Source: an uncultured Fibrobacterota bacterium
Lineage (GTDB): Bacteria > Fibrobacterota > Chitinivibrionia > Chitinivibrionales > FEN-1185
Length of the DNA stretch: 64,000 nucleotides
Direction: 5' to 3'
NCBI GenBank assembly: GCA_963753345.1
Contig: CAVWBU010000049.1
Span: 192,001 to 256,000 of the forward strand
Position 1 is the first letter of the stretch; each line of letters opens with the position of its first letter. Under the pieces are notes generated by a model, which was given only the letters and a program-made list of their open reading frames with translations, had not been told where the DNA came from and ran no database searches. This document shows, piece after piece, positions 1 to 7,834 of the stretch. Position numbers and translations under genes: made by a program.

Positions 1-16
1 CCTGTCAAACAGATTT

Positions 17-100
17 GCGGAAGTGGTGGAACTGGCAGACGCGCTAGGTTCAGGGCCTAGTGAGAGCAATCTCGTGGGGGTTCAATTCCCCCCTTCCGCA
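17..100 (+). tRNA. tRNA-Leu (anticodon CAG)
   Basis: Acceptor stem GCGGAAG/CTTCCGC, D-loop TGGC, anticodon arm CTAGG-TTCAGGG-CCTAG, long variable arm, GGTTCAATTCC T-arm; CCA not encoded. Confidence 0.95.
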
Positions 101-145
101 TTTTCACCCCATCATCGCGCCGTACCTTCTTCGCCAGAATTGCCA

Positions 146-1984
146 ATGCCCAACAGCGATCCCCGCATCCAAGTGCTCCCCAAGCACGTTGTCGAAAAAA
201 TAGCTGCGGGCGAGGTCATCGAGCGCCCGGCGTCGGTGCTCAAGGAGATCATCGAAAACTCGATTGACGCCCGCGCGTCCGCCATTGACATCGTGATAGA
301 AGATTCCGGGTTCGGGCTGATCCAGGTGACCGACAACGGCACCGGCATGTCCCGCGAAAACCTTGAGAAAAGCGTGCTCCGCCACGCAACCAGCAAGATC
401 CGCACCGCCGACGATCTTTTTGCCATTGCCACCATGGGATTCCGCGGCGAGGCGCTCGCAAGCATCGGCGCCGTGAGCAGGACCGCAATCGCAAGCAGCA
501 CCTCCGACGATGGCCTCGGGTATGTTCTTACGTGTGAAGGAGGCGTCGCGGGCGCGGTCGCGCCCGTGGCGCATGTGCGCGGGACCACGGTCTCGTGCCG
601 CGACCTGTTCTACAACGTTCCGGCGCGCAAGAAATTCATGAAAACCCGCAAGGCCGAGCGCCTCGCGCTTATCAAGCTCCTCGAACAGATCGCGATCCCG
701 TTTCCCGCCGTCCGTTTCGCCGCTGCGTTCGAAGGCAAGCCCGTGTTCGAGACGCCGGCTGCCGAGAACCTTCTTGCGCGCATTTCACAAGTGACCGGCG
801 TCGAATTCGCAGCAACGCTGGTCAAGGCGCAGGGCGGCGTCAAAGGGATGGAGGCTGTTCTGTATTTTCCGATCACCGGCGGCGAGCTCGCCCGGCCCAG
901 ATACCAGAACCTGTATGTCAACTTGCGGAGGGTGGACAACGATTCGGTCCTGTATGCGGTGCGCCAGGCGTTTTCCCTGCTCCTGCAGCGGGATGCGAGG
1001 CCGTCGTTTTTCTGCTTTATAGACGTGGATCCGGCTGCAATCGACGTCAACGTTCACCCCACAAAACAGAAGGTAAAGTTCGAGAAGGAGCGCGAACTGT
1101 TCGGATTCATTTACGGAACGGTCGCCAGGGTGCTCAAGCCGCCGGCCGACAGGGGAAGCGGCCGGGCTCACGAAGATGCTTCCGAACCGCAGCAGGCTGG
1201 CGGCGCGACTGCACAGGAAGCGGCGCAGTACCCGGCGGACGGCACAGACCGGTCCCCGGATACCTTCCGGTTCTCAATCGGGGAGAAGGGTGATTCATCA
1301 TACGGCCAGACCATTCTCGCATTTCCGGGAAGCCGGCCTGCCGGCCCAAATAATTCCGGTCCGGACGCCGCGGACAGCGTGCTGACGGGTGACGAGCCGG
1401 AATCCCAGTCGTGGAGCCTGATTTCGTGCTACCAGATCCACGAGATATTCATCCTGGCACCCATCAAGAACGGGATTCTTCTCATCGATCAACATGCGGC
1501 GCACGAGAGAATCCTTTACGAGCAGGCGCTCGACGACATGAAAGACAAACACGCCGCGTCCCAGCAGCTTCTTTTTCCAATTGTGCTGCGGCTCACCGCC
1601 ACCGAGAAGGAAGTGATGGAGGCGTCGGGCGAGTACTTCCGGGCCTTCGGATTCGACATCCAGGATTTCGGCGGGTCCGATGTGTCAATTTCCGCCGCGC
1701 CGGCGTTTCTTGCAAGCACGGACGTCGAGCGCTCGGTGCGGGACATGATAGGCTATCTTCTCGACGAAAAAAGCGTGGAGCACTTTCCCGAGCCGCACCG
1801 GCGCTACGCGGCGGCGTTCGCATGCGGGGCGGCGATCAAAGCGGGCAAGAAGCTTTCCGGAGAGGAAATGAACGCGCTGCTTAACAGCCTGTTTTCGTCA
1901 GAGAACCCGTACACGTGCCCGCACGGCAGGCCCACGGTGGTGAGGATATCGGTCGACGAGCTGTCAAGGAGATTTTTAAGGTGA
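146..1984 (+). CDS. mutL: DNA mismatch repair protein MutL
   Basis: KIAAGEVIERPASVLKE, GFRGEAL, DVNVHPTK, endonuclease motif DQHAAHERILYE and CPHGRP. Start placed at ATG 146 because the ORF-track start lies inside the tRNA. Confidence 0.97.
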   Translation: MPNSDPRIQVLPKHVVEKIAAGEVIERPASVLKEIIENSIDARASAIDIVIEDSGFGLIQVTDNGTGMSRENLEKSVLRHATSKIRTADDLFAIATMGFRGEALASIGAVSRTAIASSTSDDGLGYVLTCEGGVAGAVAPVAHVRGTTVSCRDLFYNVPARKKFMKTRKAERLALIKLLEQIAIPFPAVRFAAAFEGKPVFETPAAENLLARISQVTGVEFAATLVKAQGGVKGMEAVLYFPITGGELARPRYQNLYVNLRRVDNDSVLYAVRQAFSLLLQRDARPSFFCFIDVDPAAIDVNVHPTKQKVKFEKERELFGFIYGTVARVLKPPADRGSGRAHEDASEPQQAGGATAQEAAQYPADGTDRSPDTFRFSIGEKGDSSYGQTILAFPGSRPAGPNNSGPDAADSVLTGDEPESQSWSLISCYQIHEIFILAPIKNGILLIDQHAAHERILYEQALDDMKDKHAASQQLLFPIVLRLTATEKEVMEASGEYFRAFGFDIQDFGGSDVSISAAPAFLASTDVERSVRDMIGYLLDEKSVEHFPEPHRRYAAAFACGAAIKAGKKLSGEEMNALLNSLFSSENPYTCPHGRPTVVRISVDELSRRFLR

Positions 1985-2067
1985 CAAAAGATACGCTTCC
2001 GATGCTTTCAACCGTCCCGCGCAATCATGCCGCCGTGTCCGACGGCCGGCGTTAGTGAGGCTTCTGG

Positions 2068-3399
2068 GTGTCTGCCGTATTTCTCAAGTCCATAGGGTGC
2101 CGCACCAACCAGGAGGAAATGGCCGCTCTCGGGCCGCTTCTTGCTGGCCATGGCCACTGCGTTGTTGACACCTTTGAAAATGCGGACGTCGTTGTCGTCA
2201 ACACGTGCGTGGTCACCGCGGCGACCGAAGCGAAGACGCGGCGCTATATTGCGGGGCTCGCGCGCATGCGGCCGGGCGTAAGAATCTGCGTGACGGGCTG
2301 CATGGCCCAGCTTTCGCCCACCGATGTCAGGCAACGGCTTGGCGCCACGTGGGTCGTGGGGAACGCGCACAAGAACGAAATCCCTTCGATTCTCGGCGAT
2401 TCGTCCGGCGGGGTGTACCACAGCGACTCGGAGAGCGGGACAACGTCAGAGATCTCTCTTGTCAACAGACTTCCGGCGCCGGGAAGCTTCGGCCGCACGC
2501 GCTTCTTTCTCAAGATCCAGGAGGGGTGCAATTGCCGCTGTGCCTACTGCATCGTGCCGCTGGTGCGCGGCCCGTCGAGGAGCGCGGCGTTCGCCGATGT
2601 GCAAACGGTCTTCAGGCGCGCCCTTGACGCGGGATGCAGGGAAATCGTCCTCACCGGGACCCATATCGGGCAGTACGCGGACGGAAAGAAGAAGACATGC
2701 GCCGACCTCGTCGCAGCGCTCGCGGAAACGCCGGGCGATTTCCGACTGCGGCTGAGCTCGCTTGATCCAAGGGATCTCTCCGATCAAATTCTTGACATGG
2801 TGGGAAGTCATCCCCGGGTTTGCCGGCACCTCCATCTGAGCGTGCAGAGCCTGTCGCCGGGCGTCCTTGCCGCCATGAACCGGCCCGTGCCCGATTTCGA
2901 GAACTTTTTGGACCGTCTCTCCTCGTTCCGCCTCCGTAACCCCGGTGTAGGACTCGGCGGCGATTTCATCGTGGGATTTCCGTCCGAAACCGAGGCGCAG
3001 GCCGAGGCTACCCGGCGGGCCGTCGCCGAGGCGGGGTTCAGCTACGGACACGTGTTCCGGTATTCGAGGCGGCCCGGCACGGCCGCCGCGTCGCGGCAGG
3101 GGCAGATTGACGAAAAGGAGAAGAACGCACGGAGTTGCGCTCTCCGGGAAACCCTTGACAAATGTCACAGCGCCTTCATCGCGGCGGTTGCCGGCGACGT
3201 TCACACCATCCTCGTGGAATCGATCGGCCCCGCAAGCGGCCTCGCCTCCAATTATCTGCGGATGGAAGTGCCTTCGTGCGGCTGCGAGAAGAACGCGTGG
3301 CTGCGGGTGACCATCGCCGGAGTGAACCCGGCAAGCGGCCGGTGCATCGCCGTTCCAGCGAAAGACGGGGTGATTAAGGAGCACGGCGGAAAGGCGTAA
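2068..3399 (+). CDS. mtaB: MiaB-like radical SAM tRNA methylthiotransferase, MtaB type
   Basis: N-terminal UPF0004 motifs GCRTNQ, NTCVVT and GCMAQ; FLKIQEGCNCRCAYCIVP (CxxxCxxC); IVGFPSET; YSRRPGT. Confidence 0.85.
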   Translation: MSAVFLKSIGCRTNQEEMAALGPLLAGHGHCVVDTFENADVVVVNTCVVTAATEAKTRRYIAGLARMRPGVRICVTGCMAQLSPTDVRQRLGATWVVGNAHKNEIPSILGDSSGGVYHSDSESGTTSEISLVNRLPAPGSFGRTRFFLKIQEGCNCRCAYCIVPLVRGPSRSAAFADVQTVFRRALDAGCREIVLTGTHIGQYADGKKKTCADLVAALAETPGDFRLRLSSLDPRDLSDQILDMVGSHPRVCRHLHLSVQSLSPGVLAAMNRPVPDFENFLDRLSSFRLRNPGVGLGGDFIVGFPSETEAQAEATRRAVAEAGFSYGHVFRYSRRPGTAAASRQGQIDEKEKNARSCALRETLDKCHSAFIAAVAGDVHTILVESIGPASGLASNYLRMEVPSCGCEKNAWLRVTIAGVNPASGRCIAVPAKDGVIKEHGGKA

Positions 3400-3489
3400 A
3401 GGTATTTTTGTTGATGCCGTCTCGTGGGGGAAGCCGCAGATTGTCGCGTTGCGGATTGAGGGTGTCGGCTTTCAAGAAGGATTGCGCTC

Positions 3490-4404
3490 GTGAATATTCT
3501 CAGCCGGCTCAAACAAGGGCTCGAAAAAACCCGGAATCAGATCGTCTCCGCTCTTTCGGGCGGCGGCTCGTTTGACGAGGGGTTCTACGATTCCCTTGAG
3601 GAGGCGCTCATTTTGGCTGATGTCGGGCTCGAAACAAGCACTGAGATCATTGCCGGCCTCAGGGGGGACGTTGCGCAAAAGGGAATCACCACGCGGGCCG
3701 GTGCGTTTAGCGCGCTCAAATCAATGATCGCCTCCGATCTTTCGGTGACCAACCTTCCCGGCGACTTCCCGCCAAAACCCTGGGTGATCCTGGTTGTCGG
3801 CGTCAACGGCGTGGGCAAGACGACGACCATCGGAAAACTTGCCAGGGAATATTCGGCGGCGGGTAAAAAGGTGATGATGGGTGCCGCCGACACCTTCCGG
3901 GCCGGCGCTGTCGAGCAGCTCAAGATCTGGGCAAAGCGAACCGGCGCCGACTTCGTTTCCCAGCAGGAAGGCGCGGATCCCGCATCGGTCGCCTTCGACG
4001 CCATGGAGGCTTCGAAGGCCCGCGGGACGGATGTGCTCATTCTCGACACTGCGGGCAGACTCCACAACAAGACGAACCTCATGAACGAGCTGTCGAAAAT
4101 CGTCCGGGTGATCAGGAGGAACGCGCCGCAGGCGCCGAACGAGGTCCTTCTCGTTGTTGACGCGACAACCGGTCAGAACGCGCTCGGCCAGGCAAAGGTT
4201 TTCAACGAAATGATCGGCCTCACCGGATTCATCATCACCAAGCTCGATGGCACCGCCAAAGGCGGCATTGCAATTGCGCTGTCCAGAAATTTTAGGATCC
4301 CGGTTCGCAAAATAGGAGTGGGCGAGGGCCTTGACGACCTTCAGGATTTTGACCCTTCGGCCTACGTGGAGGCGATGTTTGGAGATTTTCCCGAATCAAC
4401 CTGA
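3490..4404 (+). CDS. ftsY: Signal recognition particle receptor FtsY
   Basis: GVNGVGKTTTIGKLA, DTFRAGA, DTAGR, DATTGQN, TKLDGTAKGG. Confidence 0.97.
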   Translation: MNILSRLKQGLEKTRNQIVSALSGGGSFDEGFYDSLEEALILADVGLETSTEIIAGLRGDVAQKGITTRAGAFSALKSMIASDLSVTNLPGDFPPKPWVILVVGVNGVGKTTTIGKLAREYSAAGKKVMMGAADTFRAGAVEQLKIWAKRTGADFVSQQEGADPASVAFDAMEASKARGTDVLILDTAGRLHNKTNLMNELSKIVRVIRRNAPQAPNEVLLVVDATTGQNALGQAKVFNEMIGLTGFIITKLDGTAKGGIAIALSRNFRIPVRKIGVGEGLDDLQDFDPSAYVEAMFGDFPEST

Positions 4405-4449
4405 TGCATGCAGGGCCGGTTTCATTCCCGGCCCGAAAGGAGAACGCTC

Positions 4450-4635
4450 GTGGCCCTTGACGAAAGCAAATACGAGACCATGAAATTCCTGCGTTGCCGG
4501 CAGTGCGGCAACGTGTACACCGCGAGGATGGGCATCACCGATCCCGAATGCCCGGAATGTTCCTCGCGCGAGGTGGAAATCTACATACCCGAAGGATCCG
4601 ACGGGAACCAGGATTCGCCGCCGGGCGGCGGGTAA
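4450..4635 (+). CDS. Small zinc-ribbon protein
   Basis: AGGAG RBS before GTG 4450; CRQC...CPEC motif; directly follows ftsY. Confidence 0.65.
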   Translation: MALDESKYETMKFLRCRQCGNVYTARMGITDPECPECSSREVEIYIPEGSDGNQDSPPGGG

Positions 4636-4684
4636 CTGCATCACCCGGTCCCGAGGGAATGCGGTCCGGAGGATGCACTTTTTG

Positions 4685-5683
4685 TCAAGAAACGCGGTCC
4701 TGCAGCGCCGCACTGGGGCTCATGCTGGGGAACCGAAGCATGCCGCGCGTGCACCGCTCGTACCCGGCGCGCGCGATCATGGCGGCATTGTCGGTGCACA
4801 GCGCCGGTGAGGGGAAAAGGACCCTGTCGCCGAAATGGGATTTCAGATTCCGCCGCAGTTCGCCGTTGCAGGCCACGCCGCCTGCCACGCCGATAGTCCG
4901 GATGCCTGATTGTTCCGCTGCCTGCAAAAGGTTCCTGGTGAGCGATTCGACAATTGCCTTCTGAAATGCCCGGCATATTCCACTTCTGTTCGCGGCCACC
5001 CATGCGTCGCCCTTTTCGCGGCAAAAGTATTTGACCGCTGTCTTGAGTCCCGAAAAACTGAAGTCGAGCGACGAACCACCCAGCCGGGCCACGGGAAAGA
5101 CGATGCCGTTGTCCTCCGGCGAGGCCGAGGCAGCCTGCTCGATGGCGCTGCCGGCCGGATAGGCAAACCCCAGCAGCTTGCCGACCTTGTCGAATGCCTC
5201 TCCGGCCGCGTCGTCGACGGTCTCGCCCAGACACGCATAGCGACCGAAATCATCGGCGCGGTAGATTGCGGTGTGCCCGCCGGATACTATGAGAGCAAGA
5301 AACGGGAAGGAAAGGTTCCTGTGCTCGAGGAACAGCGAGCAAAGGTGGCCTTCCAGGTGGTTGATGCCGGTAACGGGGATGCCGTATCGACTGTGAAGGC
5401 CCAGCGCAAACCCGATTCCTACGAGAAGCGCGCCTGCGAGTCCAGGGCTGTCGGTTACCGCGACACAGTCCACAGCGGCACAGCGGATATTGCTTTTGGC
5501 GAAAACCGACCGGGTCAGAATGTCAATCTTGCTCAGGTGAGTGCGCGATGCAAGCTCAGGAACTACGCCGCCGTACGAGGAATGGATGGCGTGGGTATAG
5601 ACCTCGCTGGCAAGAACATTTCCTTCGGAAAGTATTGCAGCCGAGGTTTCATCGCACGAAGTCTCAATGCCGAGGGTTATCAT
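4685..5683 (-). CDS. tsaD: tRNA N6-threonylcarbamoyltransferase TsaD
   Basis: LGIETSCDETSAA, GGVVPELASRTH, NHLEGH, SGGHT, DDAAGEAFDK, FSFSGLKT, CTDNAAMI. Confidence 0.97.
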   Translation of the reverse strand: MITLGIETSCDETSAAILSEGNVLASEVYTHAIHSSYGGVVPELASRTHLSKIDILTRSVFAKSNIRCAAVDCVAVTDSPGLAGALLVGIGFALGLHSRYGIPVTGINHLEGHLCSLFLEHRNLSFPFLALIVSGGHTAIYRADDFGRYACLGETVDDAAGEAFDKVGKLLGFAYPAGSAIEQAASASPEDNGIVFPVARLGGSSLDFSFSGLKTAVKYFCREKGDAWVAANRSGICRAFQKAIVESLTRNLLQAAEQSGIRTIGVAGGVACNGELRRNLKSHFGDRVLFPSPALCTDNAAMIARAGYERCTRGMLRFPSMSPSAALQDRVS

Positions 5684-6032
5684 GATTTGTTCTCAAGGAC
5701 CGCCGGCAAAAGCCGGGCTTCGGCCGCTGGTATTTGTTGCTTTCCGGACTAGATTTTTTGTAGAACAAATGCCTCCCGGTAGAATCACGGTCATTCGCGC
5801 AGATTGCTATGTTTTCCATGTGAAAATACTTTCCGTTTCCAAAGCCTGGCAATCAATCACCAGTCTCTTTCGATTTACCAAGATAGTTACAAATAGGGCA
5901 AAAGTACACTTTTAAGACTGATTAAGACTTGAATTTCTTGGTGACAAAAAATCCATAACTGTGTTGAAATAGAGGAACAAAAGGACACATTTTCACCTTG
6001 GCATGAACATAGCTCAAAAGTATTAACCACAA

Positions 6033-6398
6033 ATGGGTGTTTCATTTAAAATAATGGTAGTAGAAGACGACCCTTCAACACAGGAAGCTCTGCGGCGTTC
6101 CTTGTCTCGGCTCGGTTGTGAGGTGTTCACGACAAGCACTGCAGAAGAAGGGATAGAGGAGCTGAAGAAAACCCGTTACGATGCCGTTTTTGCTGCACTG
6201 TGTGTCAGAGAAAAGGGTGCCAGAAGCGTTGCAAGGTGGGTAAAGAGCAATTCCTTGCAGACAAAGTTCTTTGTTATAACGAGTTGGAAAGGCGACTTGG
6301 AATCCAACCTTCTTCACCTGGACGGAATTCATGACATCATTCGCAAACCTCTGATATTCAGCGAAATAAGAGACAAGCTTCTCGAATATCTTGGATAA
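6033..6398 (+). CDS. Single-domain CheY-like receiver lacking the phospho-acceptor Asp
   Basis: IMVVEDD, YDAVFAA (Ala at the expected Asp), FVITS, IIRKP. Confidence 0.8.
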   Translation: MGVSFKIMVVEDDPSTQEALRRSLSRLGCEVFTTSTAEEGIEELKKTRYDAVFAALCVREKGARSVARWVKSNSLQTKFFVITSWKGDLESNLLHLDGIHDIIRKPLIFSEIRDKLLEYLG

Positions 6399-6418
6399 AA
6401 CCACTACTTGGGGACATT

Positions 6419-6586
6419 ATGCGTACCAATGAGCCTCTGTGTGAAGAATGCGGAAAGAAGCTTCAGGGTAGTGAGAATGAAGCCGGTTTCTGTGCGGATT
6501 GCAACGCCAAGATTGAGAACGATATGCGAATCCTTCGGGACGGCGAAAACGGCAATTTCGCATTCTTGGCCGACCTCGTGGCTTGA
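6419..6586 (+). CDS. 55-aa zinc-finger-like protein (below the ORF-track cutoff)
   Basis: Translated by hand: MRTNEPLCEECGKKLQGSENEAGFCADCNAKIENDMRILRDGENGNFAFLADLVA; two CxxC motifs; starts 20 nt after the receiver gene. Confidence 0.6.
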   Translation: MRTNEPLCEECGKKLQGSENEAGFCADCNAKIENDMRILRDGENGNFAFLADLVA

Positions 6587-6672
6587 CCCACTGTCTATTT
6601 CTTATTCAATAATTCAGATTCCAGACCCGTAGTTTACGGTACACAAGAATTCGGAGAATTCATTATTTTTTT

Positions 6673-6701
6673 TTGCATTTTCAGCAAAATCCTGTTATAT
6701 T
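6673..6701 (+). promoter_or_regulatory. Putative sigma70 promoter
   Basis: TTGCAT-N17-TATATT upstream of the 6740 ORF. Confidence 0.45.
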
Positions 6702-6739
6702 GTTATTGTTGAGATAAGCGGATCCTTCAAAGGTTTTCC

Positions 6740-6934
6740 ATGATGAAAAAAGCTGCCGTTGTGACATGCGCGGTCATCTTTCTTGCCGTGTGCTCTTTTG
6801 CCCAGGCGCCTGTATCTTCGGCCGACTCTCTTAAGTCCGCGCAGCAATCCGAATCTGTCAAGTTAAGCAAGAAGACCATTGTAAAGACGAGCGCGCCGAC
6901 GAACTGGTCGAAAATTAAAGATTTGTTCAGATAA
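6740..6934 (+). CDS. Small secreted hypothetical protein
   Basis: Signal peptide MMKKAAVVTCAVIFLAVCSFA; followed by a terminator. Confidence 0.65.
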   Translation: MMKKAAVVTCAVIFLAVCSFAQAPVSSADSLKSAQQSESVKLSKKTIVKTSAPTNWSKIKDLFR

Positions 6935-6950
6935 TCAAATCCCCAAGGCG

Positions 6951-6984
6951 AAAAAAAAAGGAATGCATGCGCATTCCTTTTTTT
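6951..6984. terminator. Bidirectional intrinsic terminator
   Basis: A9-GGAATGC-ATGC-GCATTCC-T7 between convergent genes. Confidence 0.8.
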
Positions 6985-7005
6985 ATTCCGTTCGCCGTTT
7001 TCCGT

Positions 7006-7833
7006 CTATGGTTTCCAGTCAACCTCCGACTGCTGACCGTAAAGACGGGGAGTGATTACTCCGATGCTCGCCGAGACGCCGAATTCTTCAACCGGAGCCC
7101 TTTCGTTGAAACGAACCTTCGGCGAAACGGTCATTTCAAGGGACACGTAGAATAAGTTTTTGGCATTGAGCACCTGCGAGGGGAAGAAGTCGATGGCAAG
7201 CCACCCCCGCACATTGTTCACGTTTGAATAATACCCCTTGTTCCCAAGGTAATCTGTGGTCTTTCCGAAAATGAGGTATACTTCGGAGCCCGCCGTGACA
7301 TACCCGAAACTCTGGATGTGGAACTGAAGGCCCACGGCACCCGCGACATCGCTCCCTCCGTATTCGGTGCCTGCATCGTTTTTCGAGGAGAAGACGCCTC
7401 CGCGCAAAATGCCCATTGCGGAAACAAGGTTGTTGAAGAAGAACGGGGTGCCGAGTTTCAGATGCGCTCCGCCGGAAAAGCCGTACCCGCCGTGGAATAA
7501 GCCGACAGTGTCCGTTGCACTGGTGTCGCCCGCCACATCCATCTGGGAGGTCCCGCCGTCCACCCCAACATTGACGAATGAAAACGGTGAATAGGAAATG
7601 CGGGCTTCATACCGATTTATAAGGCTGGGGACGGCCCGGTTTGAAATGGAACATCCTTCCAGGTTGTACGAGGCGCCCACGGAAAGCCGGGCCGGGGGAA
7701 CAAGAACCGCGGGGTCCGCGAGGGTGGCGGCGCAGAGATCGGCGCTGACCATTGCAAGAACCGCGCCGGCGAGTGCACCTTGACATACGCTTGGAATGGG
7801 GCATTTTCTGTTCATGGCGGTTGCTCTTATCAT
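7006..7833 (-). CDS. Exported hypothetical protein, probable outer-membrane beta-barrel
   Basis: Signal-like N-terminus; alternating Gly/aromatic beta-strand pattern; abuts the Big-1 gene. Confidence 0.55.
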   Translation of the reverse strand: MIRATAMNRKCPIPSVCQGALAGAVLAMVSADLCAATLADPAVLVPPARLSVGASYNLEGCSISNRAVPSLINRYEARISYSPFSFVNVGVDGGTSQMDVAGDTSATDTVGLFHGGYGFSGGAHLKLGTPFFFNNLVSAMGILRGGVFSSKNDAGTEYGGSDVAGAVGLQFHIQSFGYVTAGSEVYLIFGKTTDYLGNKGYYSNVNNVRGWLAIDFFPSQVLNAKNLFYVSLEMTVSPKVRFNERAPVEEFGVSASIGVITPRLYGQQSEVDWKP

Positions 7834-7834
7834 G

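Noticed and set aside
23-145. N-terminal extension of MutL in the ORF track
   Set aside because: It overlaps tRNA-Leu; MutL homology starts after ATG 146.
6408-6632. 74-aa ORF in the ORF track
   Set aside because: TTG start and no motif; the overlapping ATG frame 6419-6586 with two CxxC motifs is more credible.
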